This document shows, piece by piece, positions 11,604-22,336 of a stretch of 37,638 nt of DNA. Source of the stretch: Octopus bimaculoides. Taxonomy: Eukaryota. The translations under genes and the position numbers were made by a program. Positions within the stretch are counted from its first letter, which is position 1. Every line of letters begins with the position of its first letter. Under the pieces are notes generated by a model that was not told the DNA's origin, ran no database searches, and saw only the letters and a program-made list of their open reading frames with translations. The DNA is taken from NCBI RefSeq assembly GCF_001194135.2, contig NC_068998.1:14179594-14217231 (forward strand), read 5' to 3'.

Positions 11604-11608
<5 letters not shown>
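11532..11608 (-). mobile_element. Truncated SINE S-A head
   Basis: ctcaataaacac...gtctgggaatcgaaattgcgattctatgacccttaaccactgggccattgcg matches 29078-29171 with an internal deletion of about 13 bp. Confidence 0.8.
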
Positions 11609-11665
<57 letters not shown>

Positions 11666-12094
11666 CATATATACATATATATACATATATATATATATAT
11701 ATAAATATACATGCATATATATATACATATATATATACACACATAATATACATACACACACATACACACTCATACACACAGAGGCAAACTTGACGCCCCG
11801 TTTCGATCCCAGTGCGTGGCATCTTAGAGAACTGTCACGTTACATGCTAAACTTGGAGCGGATAATCCATTTTATCTAACAACGACGGAGATCCAAGGAA
11901 ACCATCAGCACAACCATCACCACTATACACGCACATAGACTTTATTTGTATATATTTATGTATCTATAAATATATATACCTATATGTTCAGAGCTGTTAT
12001 TTCAATTCGATGATGGCCATCGTTTGTATGCATGTATGTATGTATGTATGCACGCATGTATGTATCTATTTATGTATACACATATGTACTAAAT

Positions 12095-12178
12095 CCAGGG
12101 GTAGATTTCATCGACTAAAAAGGCGGTGCTCCAGCATGGCCACAGTCAAAATGACTGAAGCAAGTAAAAGAATAAAAG
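12095..12178 (+). mobile_element. SINE S-C 3' tail fragment
   Basis: ggggtagatttcatcgactaaaaaggcggtgctccagcatggccacagtcaaaatgactgaagcaagtaaaagaataaaag is the reverse complement of 3955-4025. Confidence 0.85.
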
Positions 12179-12456
12179 GTGAAGACTGAGAAGGTGAATG
12201 ACAAGGACCTTTTTGTGTGCACAGTCTGTGACAGACCATGTCTGTCCTTGGCTGGCCTCAAATCTCACCTGCGAACCCATGGAAAACAAACCTCACCCAG
12301 CTATTCTGATTATATGTCTGTGCACACGTTTGAATGTGGTGTGTGCCAGAGGGTTTGCAAATCCAATGGGGGTCTTAAAAGACATGTTAGGATCCACAAT
12401 GAGCAGAATTTACTTGCAGGTATTGGTAGTGCAAATCAGAGGTGCAATCTGTGTGG
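12179..12456 (+). mobile_element. C2H2 zinc-finger-coding fragment, most likely the 3' end of an RTE-clade LINE ORF
   Basis: Open for 92 codons up to a gap: CTVCDRPCLSLAGLKSHLRTH, CGVCQRVCKSNGGLKRHVRIH, then CNLC. The C..C.R.C.S..GL..H.R.H pattern and absence of TGEKP linkers favour a LINE C-terminal finger. It begins immediately after a SINE tail, with no ATG or acceptor. Confidence 0.55.
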
Positions 12457-12637
12457 NNNNNNNNNNNNNNNNNNNNNNNNNNNNNNNNNNNNNNNNNNNN
12501 NNNNNNNNNNNNNNNNNNNNNNNNNNNNNNNNNNNNNNNNNNNNNNNNNNNNNNNNNNNNNNNNNNNNNNNNNNNNNNNNNNNNNNNNNNNNNNNNNNNN
12601 NNTATATATATATGTATATATGTATGTACACACACAC

Positions 12638-12679
<42 letters not shown>

Positions 12680-13858
12680 ACACTCACACACTCACACACT
12701 CATATATATACATGCCTCTACATACACATAAGCTAGAATAGATAAGCCTGCCTATCTCTGAAGTCAAATAGTGTTTTCCTATTGTAGATGGGACTTGATT
12801 ACTTGACGTATCTCAGCATTTTGTTGAAGCATTACAGATAACTATGTCTGAAAGCAGAATGTTAAGAATTGGCAAAGAAACGAAGATATGAAAAGTACTC
12901 AGTGCTATCTGGATTCACTTTTAGTCTGAACCGATTCCTATTGATCGTTTTATTGCATTACATAACTTTACATTGTAGGAAATTGGAAAAGCTGTGTGTC
13001 TATAACAGTATGGAGCGGATGATTTGCTTTATACGTAAGATCTCAAACATTTATAACGAATCAGCTACTACAGAATTGGTGTTGAATATTTTCGAAAGCA
13101 GCTTTCGAATCAAATAGTTTTTTTCCCCTATAAAACATCAGTCTGATTCTATAACGAATGATAGCTGACATACAGAATGACTTAAGATAGGTGGATATAG
13201 ACAAATACATCAAATTATAAAATAAGTATTAGAAAATAAAAATCTATGTTAGAGTGAAGGTACGTTTAGTGCAACATAAGTAGGATGATTTTGAAACTTT
13301 TTCTAACCTAATCAATAGTTCTTTTTGTCTTACGGTACGCCTAACAAGACTAGGCCAATAAGAATGTTTTCTAAGGTACTACAATACAGGACATTACCGT
13401 TTATTCAGTTATCGATTCAGCCAGCTGTTATTCATATCTGTACAATGTATCGATTATGTTATATGACGTGCCTTCTAATCCCTTTGTAAATAAACTGATG
13501 TACCGTTGTTAGAAAGTCACGCAGCAATCTTGATTGGAACTAACATGAAATATTATGCTTAATAATAATATAAACGATTTATTCTATTAATTTAAAATAG
13601 TAAGAGGTGAGATAGCAAACCACTAGATTTAACTAAAAGGAGATGATGAGAAGTGGCTAGAACGTTGTGTCCAGGCTGGTAATCAGTTGATCTAGCAAGT
13701 TGGGGGTCTCACATCAGAAAGGAGTGGTGATGCGGATATGCATTAAAGTCATCAAGTCTTCGAAATGGTGCACATTCTCTCCTGATGATCCCGCAAACCT
13801 ACTAGCGTCCAGTATACGGATTTATTAGCTGATAGCACTTGCATCTGCATTTCGCTTC

Positions 13859-13980
<122 letters not shown>

Positions 13981-14299
13981 TAATTCTAAAAAAACAATAT
14001 CACATTACAGAGTTTGTGTCTTTACTTCAAATTAATGGACATTTTACTAGTAAAACTTCTGCTTTGTCAGTCATATTTACAGAATCTCAAACCAAGATTT
14101 ATGAGCTGCTAGCAGAGACTACCACCTATTGAGATGCATATTTCCATACAACCGAACAGTTTGATTTATCTCACGGTTTGGGGTGAACATGGGTCAAAGA
14201 CTGACGCCTATTGCCTACGATATTTCTCGAGAAACAATGGAGGTTACGGTAAGTGTACAGACAAACCATGACAACCTGTATAGCATTTGTGGAAGGTAT

Positions 14300-14480
14300 G
14301 AATGACCATGTCGCTGGGGCAGAGCCTTGAAGGGCTTGCCTGAACAAATGGACACTAGTATTTATTCCTGTTAAATCTGGTATGTATTCTACCGGTCTTT
14401 TATTGCCAAGCGGCAATAAAACGTTAGAGGACGTTAACAAACCAACATCCCTTGATAAGCATTGGAGGACAAACACAGAG
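14300..14480 (-). mobile_element. Degenerate SINE S-C 3' half
   Basis: Recognisable blocks gaccatgtcgctggggcagagccttgaaggg, tattctaccggtcttttattgcc, ggacgttaacaaaccaacatc, ggaggacaaacacag. Confidence 0.5.
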
Positions 14481-14548
14481 GGGCGCGCCACTCCCATCCC
14501 TATATGTGTGTGTGTGTGCGTGCGCGCGTGTGTAAATATATGTGCATC

Positions 14549-14872
14549 CTTTTATTCTTACTAGTCTCAGACATTAGACCCCGGCCATGCTGGGGCACTG
14601 CCTTGAAGAATTTTAGCCCAGTACTTATTTTTAAGCCGCGAGGTTACGGGGGACGTAAACACACCAACACCAGTTGTCAAGCGATGGTGTTGAGGAAACG
14701 CACAAACACACACACACATGATTGATTTCTTTCAGTTCCCATCCACCAAATCCACTCACAGGGCTTTGATCGGCCCGAAGTTATAGTAGAAGACACTTGC
14801 CCTAGGCACCAAACAGTGGAACTGAACTCAGGATCATGTGATTGAGATACAAACCTATTACCACACAGTCAC
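14549..14872 (-). mobile_element. Diverged SINE S-C copy
   Basis: Shares ggccatgctggggcactgcc, gttacgggggacgtaaacacacc, ccaaatccactcacagggctttgatcggccc, tatagtagaagacacttgccc and ccacacag with 3955-4425. Confidence 0.85.
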
Positions 14873-15057
14873 AATTGCGCATATATATANNNNNNNNNNN
14901 NNNNNNNNNNNNNNNNNNNNNNNNNNNNNNNNNNNNNNNNNNNNNNNNNNNNNNNNNNNNNNNNNNNNNNNNNNNNNNNNNNNNNNNNNNNNNNNNNNNN
15001 NNNNNNNNNNNNNNNNNNNNNNNNNNNNNNNNNNNNNNNNNNNNNNNNNCATACATA

Positions 15058-15278
15058 CAAGGGTGTGCTGAAAAGTTCCTGGCTTTAAGGGTATCGCAAA
15101 AGGATTGGTTGGAGATTCAACCTTCCGAGTTCTTTTACAGGGCTTAGAAAAACTGAAGGAACGCTGCAATAAGTCTGTGTGTGGATCTTAGAGAGGAATA
15201 TGTTGAATAAAATAAGAATTAACTGATCCTCCTGTATTTTCTTTTACCCAAAGCCAGGAACTTTTATGCACCCACTCA
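15058..15278 (+). mobile_element. Mariner-derived MITE (221 bp)
   Basis: TA|caagggtgtgctgaaaagttcctggcttt ... aaagccaggaacttttatgcacccactca|TA gives imperfect TIRs and a TA TSD. The internal GLEKLKERCNK....RGICxx-like segment resembles a mariner transposase C-terminus (..RGEYVE*). Confidence 0.8.
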
Positions 15279-15304
15279 TATGTCTCTCTCTCTCTCTCTG
15301 TATG

Positions 15305-15335
<31 letters not shown>

Positions 15336-15337
<2 letters not shown>

Positions 15338-15489
15338 GACATGTTTTCACACAGTTTCGGTCTTCCAGATTCACTCATTATACATTGGTCGGCCTGGGCT
15401 ATAGTAGAAGGCATCTCACTACGGTTGCACATAGTGGGATTGAGCCCAAAACTACGTGGTTGCAAAGCAAACTTCTCAACCACACCGCC
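15336..15489 (-). mobile_element. Diverged SINE S-C 5' half
   Basis: ttggtcggcctgggctatagtagaag...agtgggattgagcccaaaactacgtggttgcaaagcaaacttctcaaccacac aligns to the head of 3955-4425. Confidence 0.75.
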
Positions 15490-16007
15490 TTGATGCTCGA
15501 GATATATTCACAGAACCATGCCTGTATATTTGTAATCTTTCTTTACAGAAGTTTTCGATCAAAACTGCACGTTGAAATGGAAAAGCCGTAAGATAACATG
15601 TTAGTGTGCAGAATTCGATATTATATAAGAAAAAAACATTGTAAGTTAAGTAGAATCACCCCCACAGAGCCAGCCACATCCGAAAACAAAATCTGTACAA
15701 ATAAATGCAACGCAAAATACCATGAATAAAAAAAGGACAAAATGCTATTCAAACTGACAAGCAATAAAATTAATATCCATCTATTTAAATCCAAGCAGAC
15801 GTTATCAAACGATGTTATCATATTTTATGATATATTACACGGAAGATTTGATATATTTATATACACTTATTTTTTTCCTTTTTCTGAAAGCCACGCTAGC
15901 TGAATGAATGAAACGCTAAATTTGAGAGGATTTATTAAAGTCTGAGAAATAGAAGCATTTAACAAAAAATTATTCGTACAAACACGTACAATGTATATGT
16001 ATTTATC

Positions 16008-16067
<60 letters not shown>

Positions 16068-16165
16068 NNNNNNNNNNNNNNNNNNNNNNNNNNNNNNNNN
16101 NNNNNNNNNNNNNNNNNNNNNNNNNNNNNNNNNNNNNNNNNNNNNNNNNNNNNNNNNNNNNNNNN

Positions 16166-16199
<34 letters not shown>

Positions 16200-16383
16200 G
16201 TATGCATATATATACATATATATATTTGTATGTATCTATACATATATATATGTGTATATATACATATACATGTATTGTTTTATATATCCATGAGTATATG
16301 CTGGAATGTGCGTATAAAAGTTTATGACAAACTGAAATAAGGCAGGTATGTATAATGCATGCATGCGCGCGCGCGCGAGTTTG

Positions 16384-16533
16384 TATAACTGAGAATGTTT
16401 GTCTGTCTGTGTGTCTGTATGTGTGCATCACTAAAACTCGAGAACTACCCAACCGATTTCATTCAAATTTTACACATGTCTTACTTAGGCTCCATGCAGT
16501 GTCATGGGTTAAAAATAATTCAACTTCTTGCCT
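16384..16533 (+). mobile_element. Helitron/Helentron-associated (DINE-1/HINE-like) non-autonomous element fragment
   Basis: gagaatg(tgtc)n...actaaaactcgagaactacccaaccgatttcattcaaattttacac resembles the microsatellite plus aactact..accgatt...gaaattt core of DINE-1/HINE elements. Confidence 0.45.
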
Positions 16534-16929
16534 TATGTACATATGAATATATATATAACAATATAAATATTATTACAATACAATAATATTATTTTCCAGC
16601 GAAAATATTATATTTTAATAATATTTACATTTTTATATAAAACATTTTCTCTGATCTCGTTTCTGTTTATGCCTAGGGCTATTGGCCGAGTATACAAGCA
16701 TTCAACCAGCGGATATTTTCAATTCAGTCTTTTCGTTAGACCTAGCTAATGAGGACCAATCAGTTTTACGATAAGAAACGTATTCTGAAAGTTCGAAACT
16801 CGAATACTAGGTTGTCTATTTCTCTGGCATTCTTCTTAGAGGTAAGACCAAAATTTGTATATTCGCCGCCCGCACATACTTTCTTTAGCTATTTTAATAG
16901 CTACAAGAAGTGCTGTGTTCATGTTAATA

Positions 16930-17270
16930 GGCCAATTCATTTCCAGGAACACCATGATAGATTAAGACAGTTTCAATGGTAATGCAAACCTGTGATAATA
17001 TATAAGGCCTTCAGATCTAATAAATTCATTTATACATTGTCTCAATGGCTCAACTTTTAAAGTGTCTGCTTTTGATAATTTACCACTGCGTTTCTTGTTC
17101 ACAATGTCATGACTTTTCCTAAAAGGCCCCAGTCATTAATCACTTGCCTTAACATTTAGAGCTACGTGTCTTCCAAGAATTTCACATGCATATTTCAGCT
17201 GGAGAATTCGTACAATAACACCGCTAGATTTCTGTTGAATAACTGCGTTTACAAATTTGCTTTTATGTCT
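16930..17270 (-). mobile_element. Possible RNase H relic of a non-LTR retrotransposon
   Basis: HGVPGNELA at 16956-16930 resembles the H.G..GNE.AD motif. Weaker upstream matches (FVNAVIQQKSSGV, CEI...HVAL, KVMTL*T) occur in the expected order. Heavily decayed. Confidence 0.35.
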
Positions 17271-18347
17271 TCTTCATCTTGTGCAACTTTCATGCGTTCT
17301 CTACTGTACAGTACAGAGCCACATTAAGTGCTAGCAATATTGTATCTTAAAGAAAACTGTTGAAATTCACTTTAATTTCACACGCATTCTTTGAACTTCT
17401 CTGTCACCTGAAACTATTTGAAATTGTTAGGATTGTAAAATGTTTGAAAAATTAAAATAATAAAGAAATAATTAATTTACCTTCTTCGCATATTTTTTCA
17501 ACTATAGTTGAGCTGGTATTTAGGTAAACAGAAATATGTATTCATCTAGAGGCAGGAATGACTTTGCTTGCCTGATAACTTTTAAATAAGCAGTAGTATC
17601 CTGTCAACTCAGAAATAATGAGAGATACATGGTGTTGTGGTTTTGGGGGATTCTACTTTCCTCCACTAAAATATGAAAATTTATCGCCACAAGAGATAAA
17701 TGATGATCTGCAAACCCATCACTCTTGGACACTTCATACTTAAAAACCCTCGCCAACAATCATGATTTCTACAAAACTTGTCCAACATAAGCCCCTTCCC
17801 CAAAGTGCACAAAATTTAATCTAACTTTCTCGCACTTATAAACCATTTGGTATAATCTCATTGAGACATACGTTCGAAGGGCGCTCTCGCATAAGAAAAA
17901 GGCCGTTCAATTGCTTTTTTCCAAATGATCCACTCTCAAAGGCATAGCATTTAAATTCAAATTCTAGCTTCAGCAACAATATTTTAAAGTTTACCTCTCT
18001 TCTTGCTTTGTACTTTTCCAAGGTTCACTTAATTAAGAATATTATCATGCCTGTGCTCGCATTTTCCTGCTAACCTAGTCTTATTACAAGGAAGGATTTT
18101 ATAGATAAATAGCAATTGTTATGGAGACAAAAATATAAAAACAAAAAAATTCAGTTCCTTCAAAAAATTTAAAACTATAGTTAAAAGTAAATTTTATACA
18201 TTGACAACAATCAAAAATGCCAGTGACAAACCCAAAAAACAAAGGAGAAAATACTAATAAAACACAGATAGATCGAATGAAGCCAGTGAGAAATCTGTAC
18301 AGCAAATCTGAGTCGACCAGTGTGCGGCGAAGAAGTTTCATCATGCT

Positions 18348-18530
18348 AATATTCTCGAGAAACATTGTAAGTTTCTTCATAGAAGAGGCTCTAGGTGCAC
18401 TTGATGGAATTATTACAAACCAAGTACCACATGGCCAGCTTGAAATTTAAATATTGTCCAGTAGAATATTCCGTTGGCGTTTGGCATCTCTTCTGCTCTC
18501 TCCTTTATTGCTTTTGCCGCATTCAGACAT
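18348..18530 (-). pseudogene. Degenerate histone H4 pseudogene covering about residues 1-65
   Basis: Minus strand from ATG 18530: MSECGKSNKGESRRDAKRQRNILLDNI* / (4-nt deletion) KLAMWYLVCNNSIKCT*SLFYEETYNV / (11-nt deletion) LEN. H4 reads [28 protein letters not shown] / [27 protein letters not shown] / LEN. About 27 identities in 58 positions by hand, with no gaps inside the blocks, two stops and two frameshifts. Confidence 0.8.
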
Positions 18531-19265
18531 GATGATCAGTAGAAGAGTGATAGAAAAATGAGCATAAGAATGACTGAAAATCGTTATGTAAAAGTTATAA
18601 AAAATCTCCTGAACCAAAAGATCTTATATAAAGTTTTATAATATTGAAAAGAAAAAAAAAAAAAGGATTTCTCCATTGATATTCAAATGCAAATGATCAT
18701 TGCTGAAATCATTGAAATAAAAATATTTCTATAAAATGAATTTGGTAATTATAAATTTTTAATGTCTATTTCTAGTGTTTTATTAAATTCAAAATATATT
18801 TGACGAATGTTTGCTAATATAATTCAGAATCATAAATGTAATGCCAAGCTCTCGTATTTATTTTAATTATGAATTTTATGCATTTATTAACTTTTAGAGT
18901 TTGGTACATAAACAAATATAGAAAACAATCACTGACATTGCAATTATTGAATACATCTATTTTGAAAACGACAAATGAACTATTAATTGAGTTTAAATTT
19001 GTATATTTATGTTTTACATCTAAAAATAATCTTATTTTCAAATGGTCCTGGAATTTTTATTAAATTTGAAAGAAAATATCTTTTGCACTTTTACATGCAC
19101 CCAAAATATCATTTTTGCACCTAAAAGTTGCATTAAAAACCAATTTTTTCACCTAAAATTCGCTCTCTACTTATGAATTATTAAATAAACATGCTTTTAA
19201 AATATTAGAAAATTGGAAGATTTTTAGATGTGCAACGCTATCTTCCAAGTTCACATCATACACAC

Positions 19266-19365
19266 ATCTACAATAGCCTTCTACAATAGCCTTCTACAAT
19301 AGCCCTGAACCTACCAATGACTTATAAATGAATTTGGTAGACGAAAACTCTGTGGAAGCCCGTCG
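19266..19365 (+). mobile_element. SINE S-C 5'/central fragment containing a 13-bp triplication
   Basis: (ctacaatagcctt)x3 at 19268-19304 derives from the SINE motif cttctactatagcc and is followed by atttggtagacgaaaac...gaagcccgtcg, then (CA)n. Confidence 0.7.
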
Positions 19366-19366
19366 T

Positions 19367-19407
<41 letters not shown>

Positions 19408-19581
19408 TATAAAGCATAAATGATGAGCTTTACACGTTTCTTTATTTGTGCATTTTTGACTTACAGCTGTTTTTGATATGCATTAAAGGTGTGTTTATGG
19501 TTGCGTTTACCCAATCGGTCTAATGATCGATTGAAAAATATTGAACGATTTTAATAAATGCTATCATCATCGGAATATATA

Positions 19582-20399
19582 CAGGGTGTCCCATAAGTAC
19601 CTGATGGGTTTCAATTTTTAATAACCTCCTTAACTTTAGAAATAAATGCATGAAATTTTGATACAATATAAAGGACATAATGGACATTAATATGCATAAT
19701 TCAAATTTTGCAACACCACTACATCCCAAATGAAATATGACATCGCTTAAATGGCAACCATTTTCGGCTTTGCACGGCCGTGCACATTCCAAAACTTTCC
19801 AGGGTCTCCGGTTTGTTGACGTAAACCCTCTATTTCAGGTTTCCCCACAAGAAAAAATACGGGGGTTTTCAAGTCTGGAGAAAGTGAAGGCCATTCAAAG
19901 TAGACCTCACATATGGTTCCAGCAAGATGGGGTAACTGCTCAAACTGCAAGAGAAACAATGCAGTTGTTATGGCAGTGCTTTGGAGAGAGAAAAATATCC
20001 CGAAGCGGCAATGAAAACTGGCCTTTATGTTCCCCAGACTTGACAAGCCCGGATTTTTCTTGTGGAGATAACTGAAAGAGAGGGTTTACGTCAACAAACT
20101 GGAGACTCTGGTGCAACTGAAAGAGAACATCAATTGAGAAACCAGAGAAGTGGGGTCTGAAACTCTTGAGGGTATTATGGTGCAAGTTTTGGAAAGAGCA
20201 CGAGCGCGCGAAACCGAAAATGGCTGCCATTTAAGTGATATCATATTTCATATGTGATGTAGTGGTGTTGCAAAATTTGACTTGTGCATATTAGTGTCCA
20301 TTATGTCCTTTGTAATGTATCAAAATTTCATGCATTTATTTGTAAAGTTAAGGAACTTATCAAAAATTGAAACCCATTAGGTACTTTTGGGACACACTG
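19582..20399 (+). mobile_element. Non-autonomous fold-back Tc1/mariner derivative with very long inverted arms
   Basis: Left end TA|cagggtgtcccataagtacctgatgggtttcaatttt; right end aaaattgaaacccattaggtacttttgggacacactg|CA (TA mutated). Inverted similarity extends about 315 bp (left) versus about 385 bp (right). The plus strand carries a DDD-domain remnant: WFQQDGVTAQTARETMQLL..WPLCSPDLTSPDF / LKERVYVNK..TLVQLKENI..ENGCHLSDIIF. Confidence 0.9.
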
Positions 20400-20478
20400 C
20401 ACATGCACACATGCACGCGCGCACACACACATACGTATGTGTATGAATGTTTCTATGTGCGTATTATATTTGTTCTCT

Positions 20479-20570
20479 ACCACCGCTTGATCACATCATT
20501 GGGGGGTTGGTTTGTTTACGTCCCCGTAACCTATTTGACAAAAATACCGATGGAATAAGCACCAGACTTA
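20479..20570 (+). mobile_element. SINE S-C 3' fragment
   Basis: accaccgcttga...gtttacgtccccgtaac...ccgatggaataagcaccagactt is the segment that follows the internal microsatellite in S-C. Confidence 0.7.
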
Positions 20571-21012
20571 ATAAAAGGTATAAGAAAATTATCCCGTTTA
20601 AAAATTGCATCTGTGCGCTGCTTTGTTTCATTCTGCCAATTTTCTGTTACAATATCTCATATTTTATGACCTTAAACACGTTGAATTCGTTCAAGAATTG
20701 AATTAGCTACAGGGCATAGACATACACACAAAAAGTAATTGTTCGCTTAAGAATATTATTCACACAGTATAATGGGTAAATGATAATTTACTACTGTTTT
20801 AAAGAAAATTATACTTTGTCAGAGTTATATAATTCATAACAATGTTGCTTCTTTTATATTTCTATACAGTCTAAGATATGAAAAAAATTTTTTTATAAAA
20901 GTTATAGAAACTAGTCTCAAAGTGTGAATCTGCATAGAATATTCATCCATTTTACTAGAATAAGCACATTATTCCCAAAATAATTCAATTCATAAGCTTT
21001 ATAAATATTTAT

Positions 21013-21053
<41 letters not shown>

Positions 21054-21635
21054 CACACACACAACTGTATATATATATATACAGACACACACGCATATAT
21101 ATATATATATATACATACGTACATATATATGTATGTATATATNNNNNNNNNNNNNNNNNNNNNNNNNNNNNNNNNNNNNNNNNNNNNNNNNNNNNNNNNN
21201 NNNNNNNNNNNNNNNNNNNNNNNNNNNNNNNNNNNNNNNNNNNNNNNNNNNNNNNNNNNNNNNNNNNNNNNNNNNNNNNNNNNNNNNNNNNNNNNNNNNN
21301 NNNNNNNNNNNNNNNNNNNNNNNNNNNNNNNNNNNNNNNNNNNNNNNNNNNNNNNNNNNNNNNNNNNNNNNNNNNNNNNNNNNNNNNNNNNTAAGCACAG
21401 ACATAAATACCCACATAATTCTATAATTTTCACATGTAAAACTTTACTAAAAATGTTCTTTAATAATTTCCTTTATTTTATGTCTGTATGTAGAAATTTT
21501 AGAGATCTGTGTTTCTTCATCATCTAAATAAATAACAAAAGAAAAGCGCAGCGCACACACACACACACACACACAGACACACACACACACACATACATAC
21601 ATACATACATACATACATACATACATGCATACATG

Positions 21636-21672
<37 letters not shown>

Positions 21673-22293
21673 CTATCCATGTATATGTGTGTGTAAGTGC
21701 ATAATTTTATATTGAATATATTCTTATGCACTGAGAATAATATGAACACAGGATTCAATAATTCGATTCCATAATATGTCACTAAATTCCGAAATATTTT
21801 TAGCTTGATACAATAGAAAAGACTTCTATGATATTGCATAATCTTCAAAACAGGCAAAATCCAATGTTCAGAGCAGAATATCTAGAAGAATAGAAAGCAT
21901 AGATCTGTCAAATACTTCATTTGTTATGCTCCACAGCTTTTTCGGCAATCCATATGAAAACATTGTCAATATATAAGAGTTAAATAACTAACTGTAATTA
22001 TTAAATTCTTGTCTTTGAATATTAGAAAACTGTTCCTGATGAAATGGTTTTCATACCACATTTAAGTACAATGAATTATGTAATTATTATGTAGTTGCTA
22101 TAATTGATGATATCTTAACGGTGGTAATAAACACATTCGAAGAGTACAACAAATACAATTTTTGAAATATCATGAAGATTGCTTTGCTTTGCTTTTTTTC
22201 TTCCACACACATACGTCCGTCCGTCCGTCCGTCCATCCATCTTTCCATCCATCCATCTGCATATACATACATTATATATATATATATATATAT

Positions 22294-22336
<43 letters not shown>

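Noticed and set aside
18348-18530. APOBEC-like G-to-A hypermutation of the H4 relic
   Set aside because: C-to-T changes (Arg to Cys/Trp, Gln to stop, Pro to Leu, Ala to Val) occur alongside G-to-A, so the pattern is strand-symmetric transition decay.
19268-19304. CRISPR-like or functional short repeat array (also 4599-4662 and 7651-7706)
   Set aside because: Only 2-3 units, no unique spacers of regular length, eukaryotic context; the 13-mer derives from a SINE motif.
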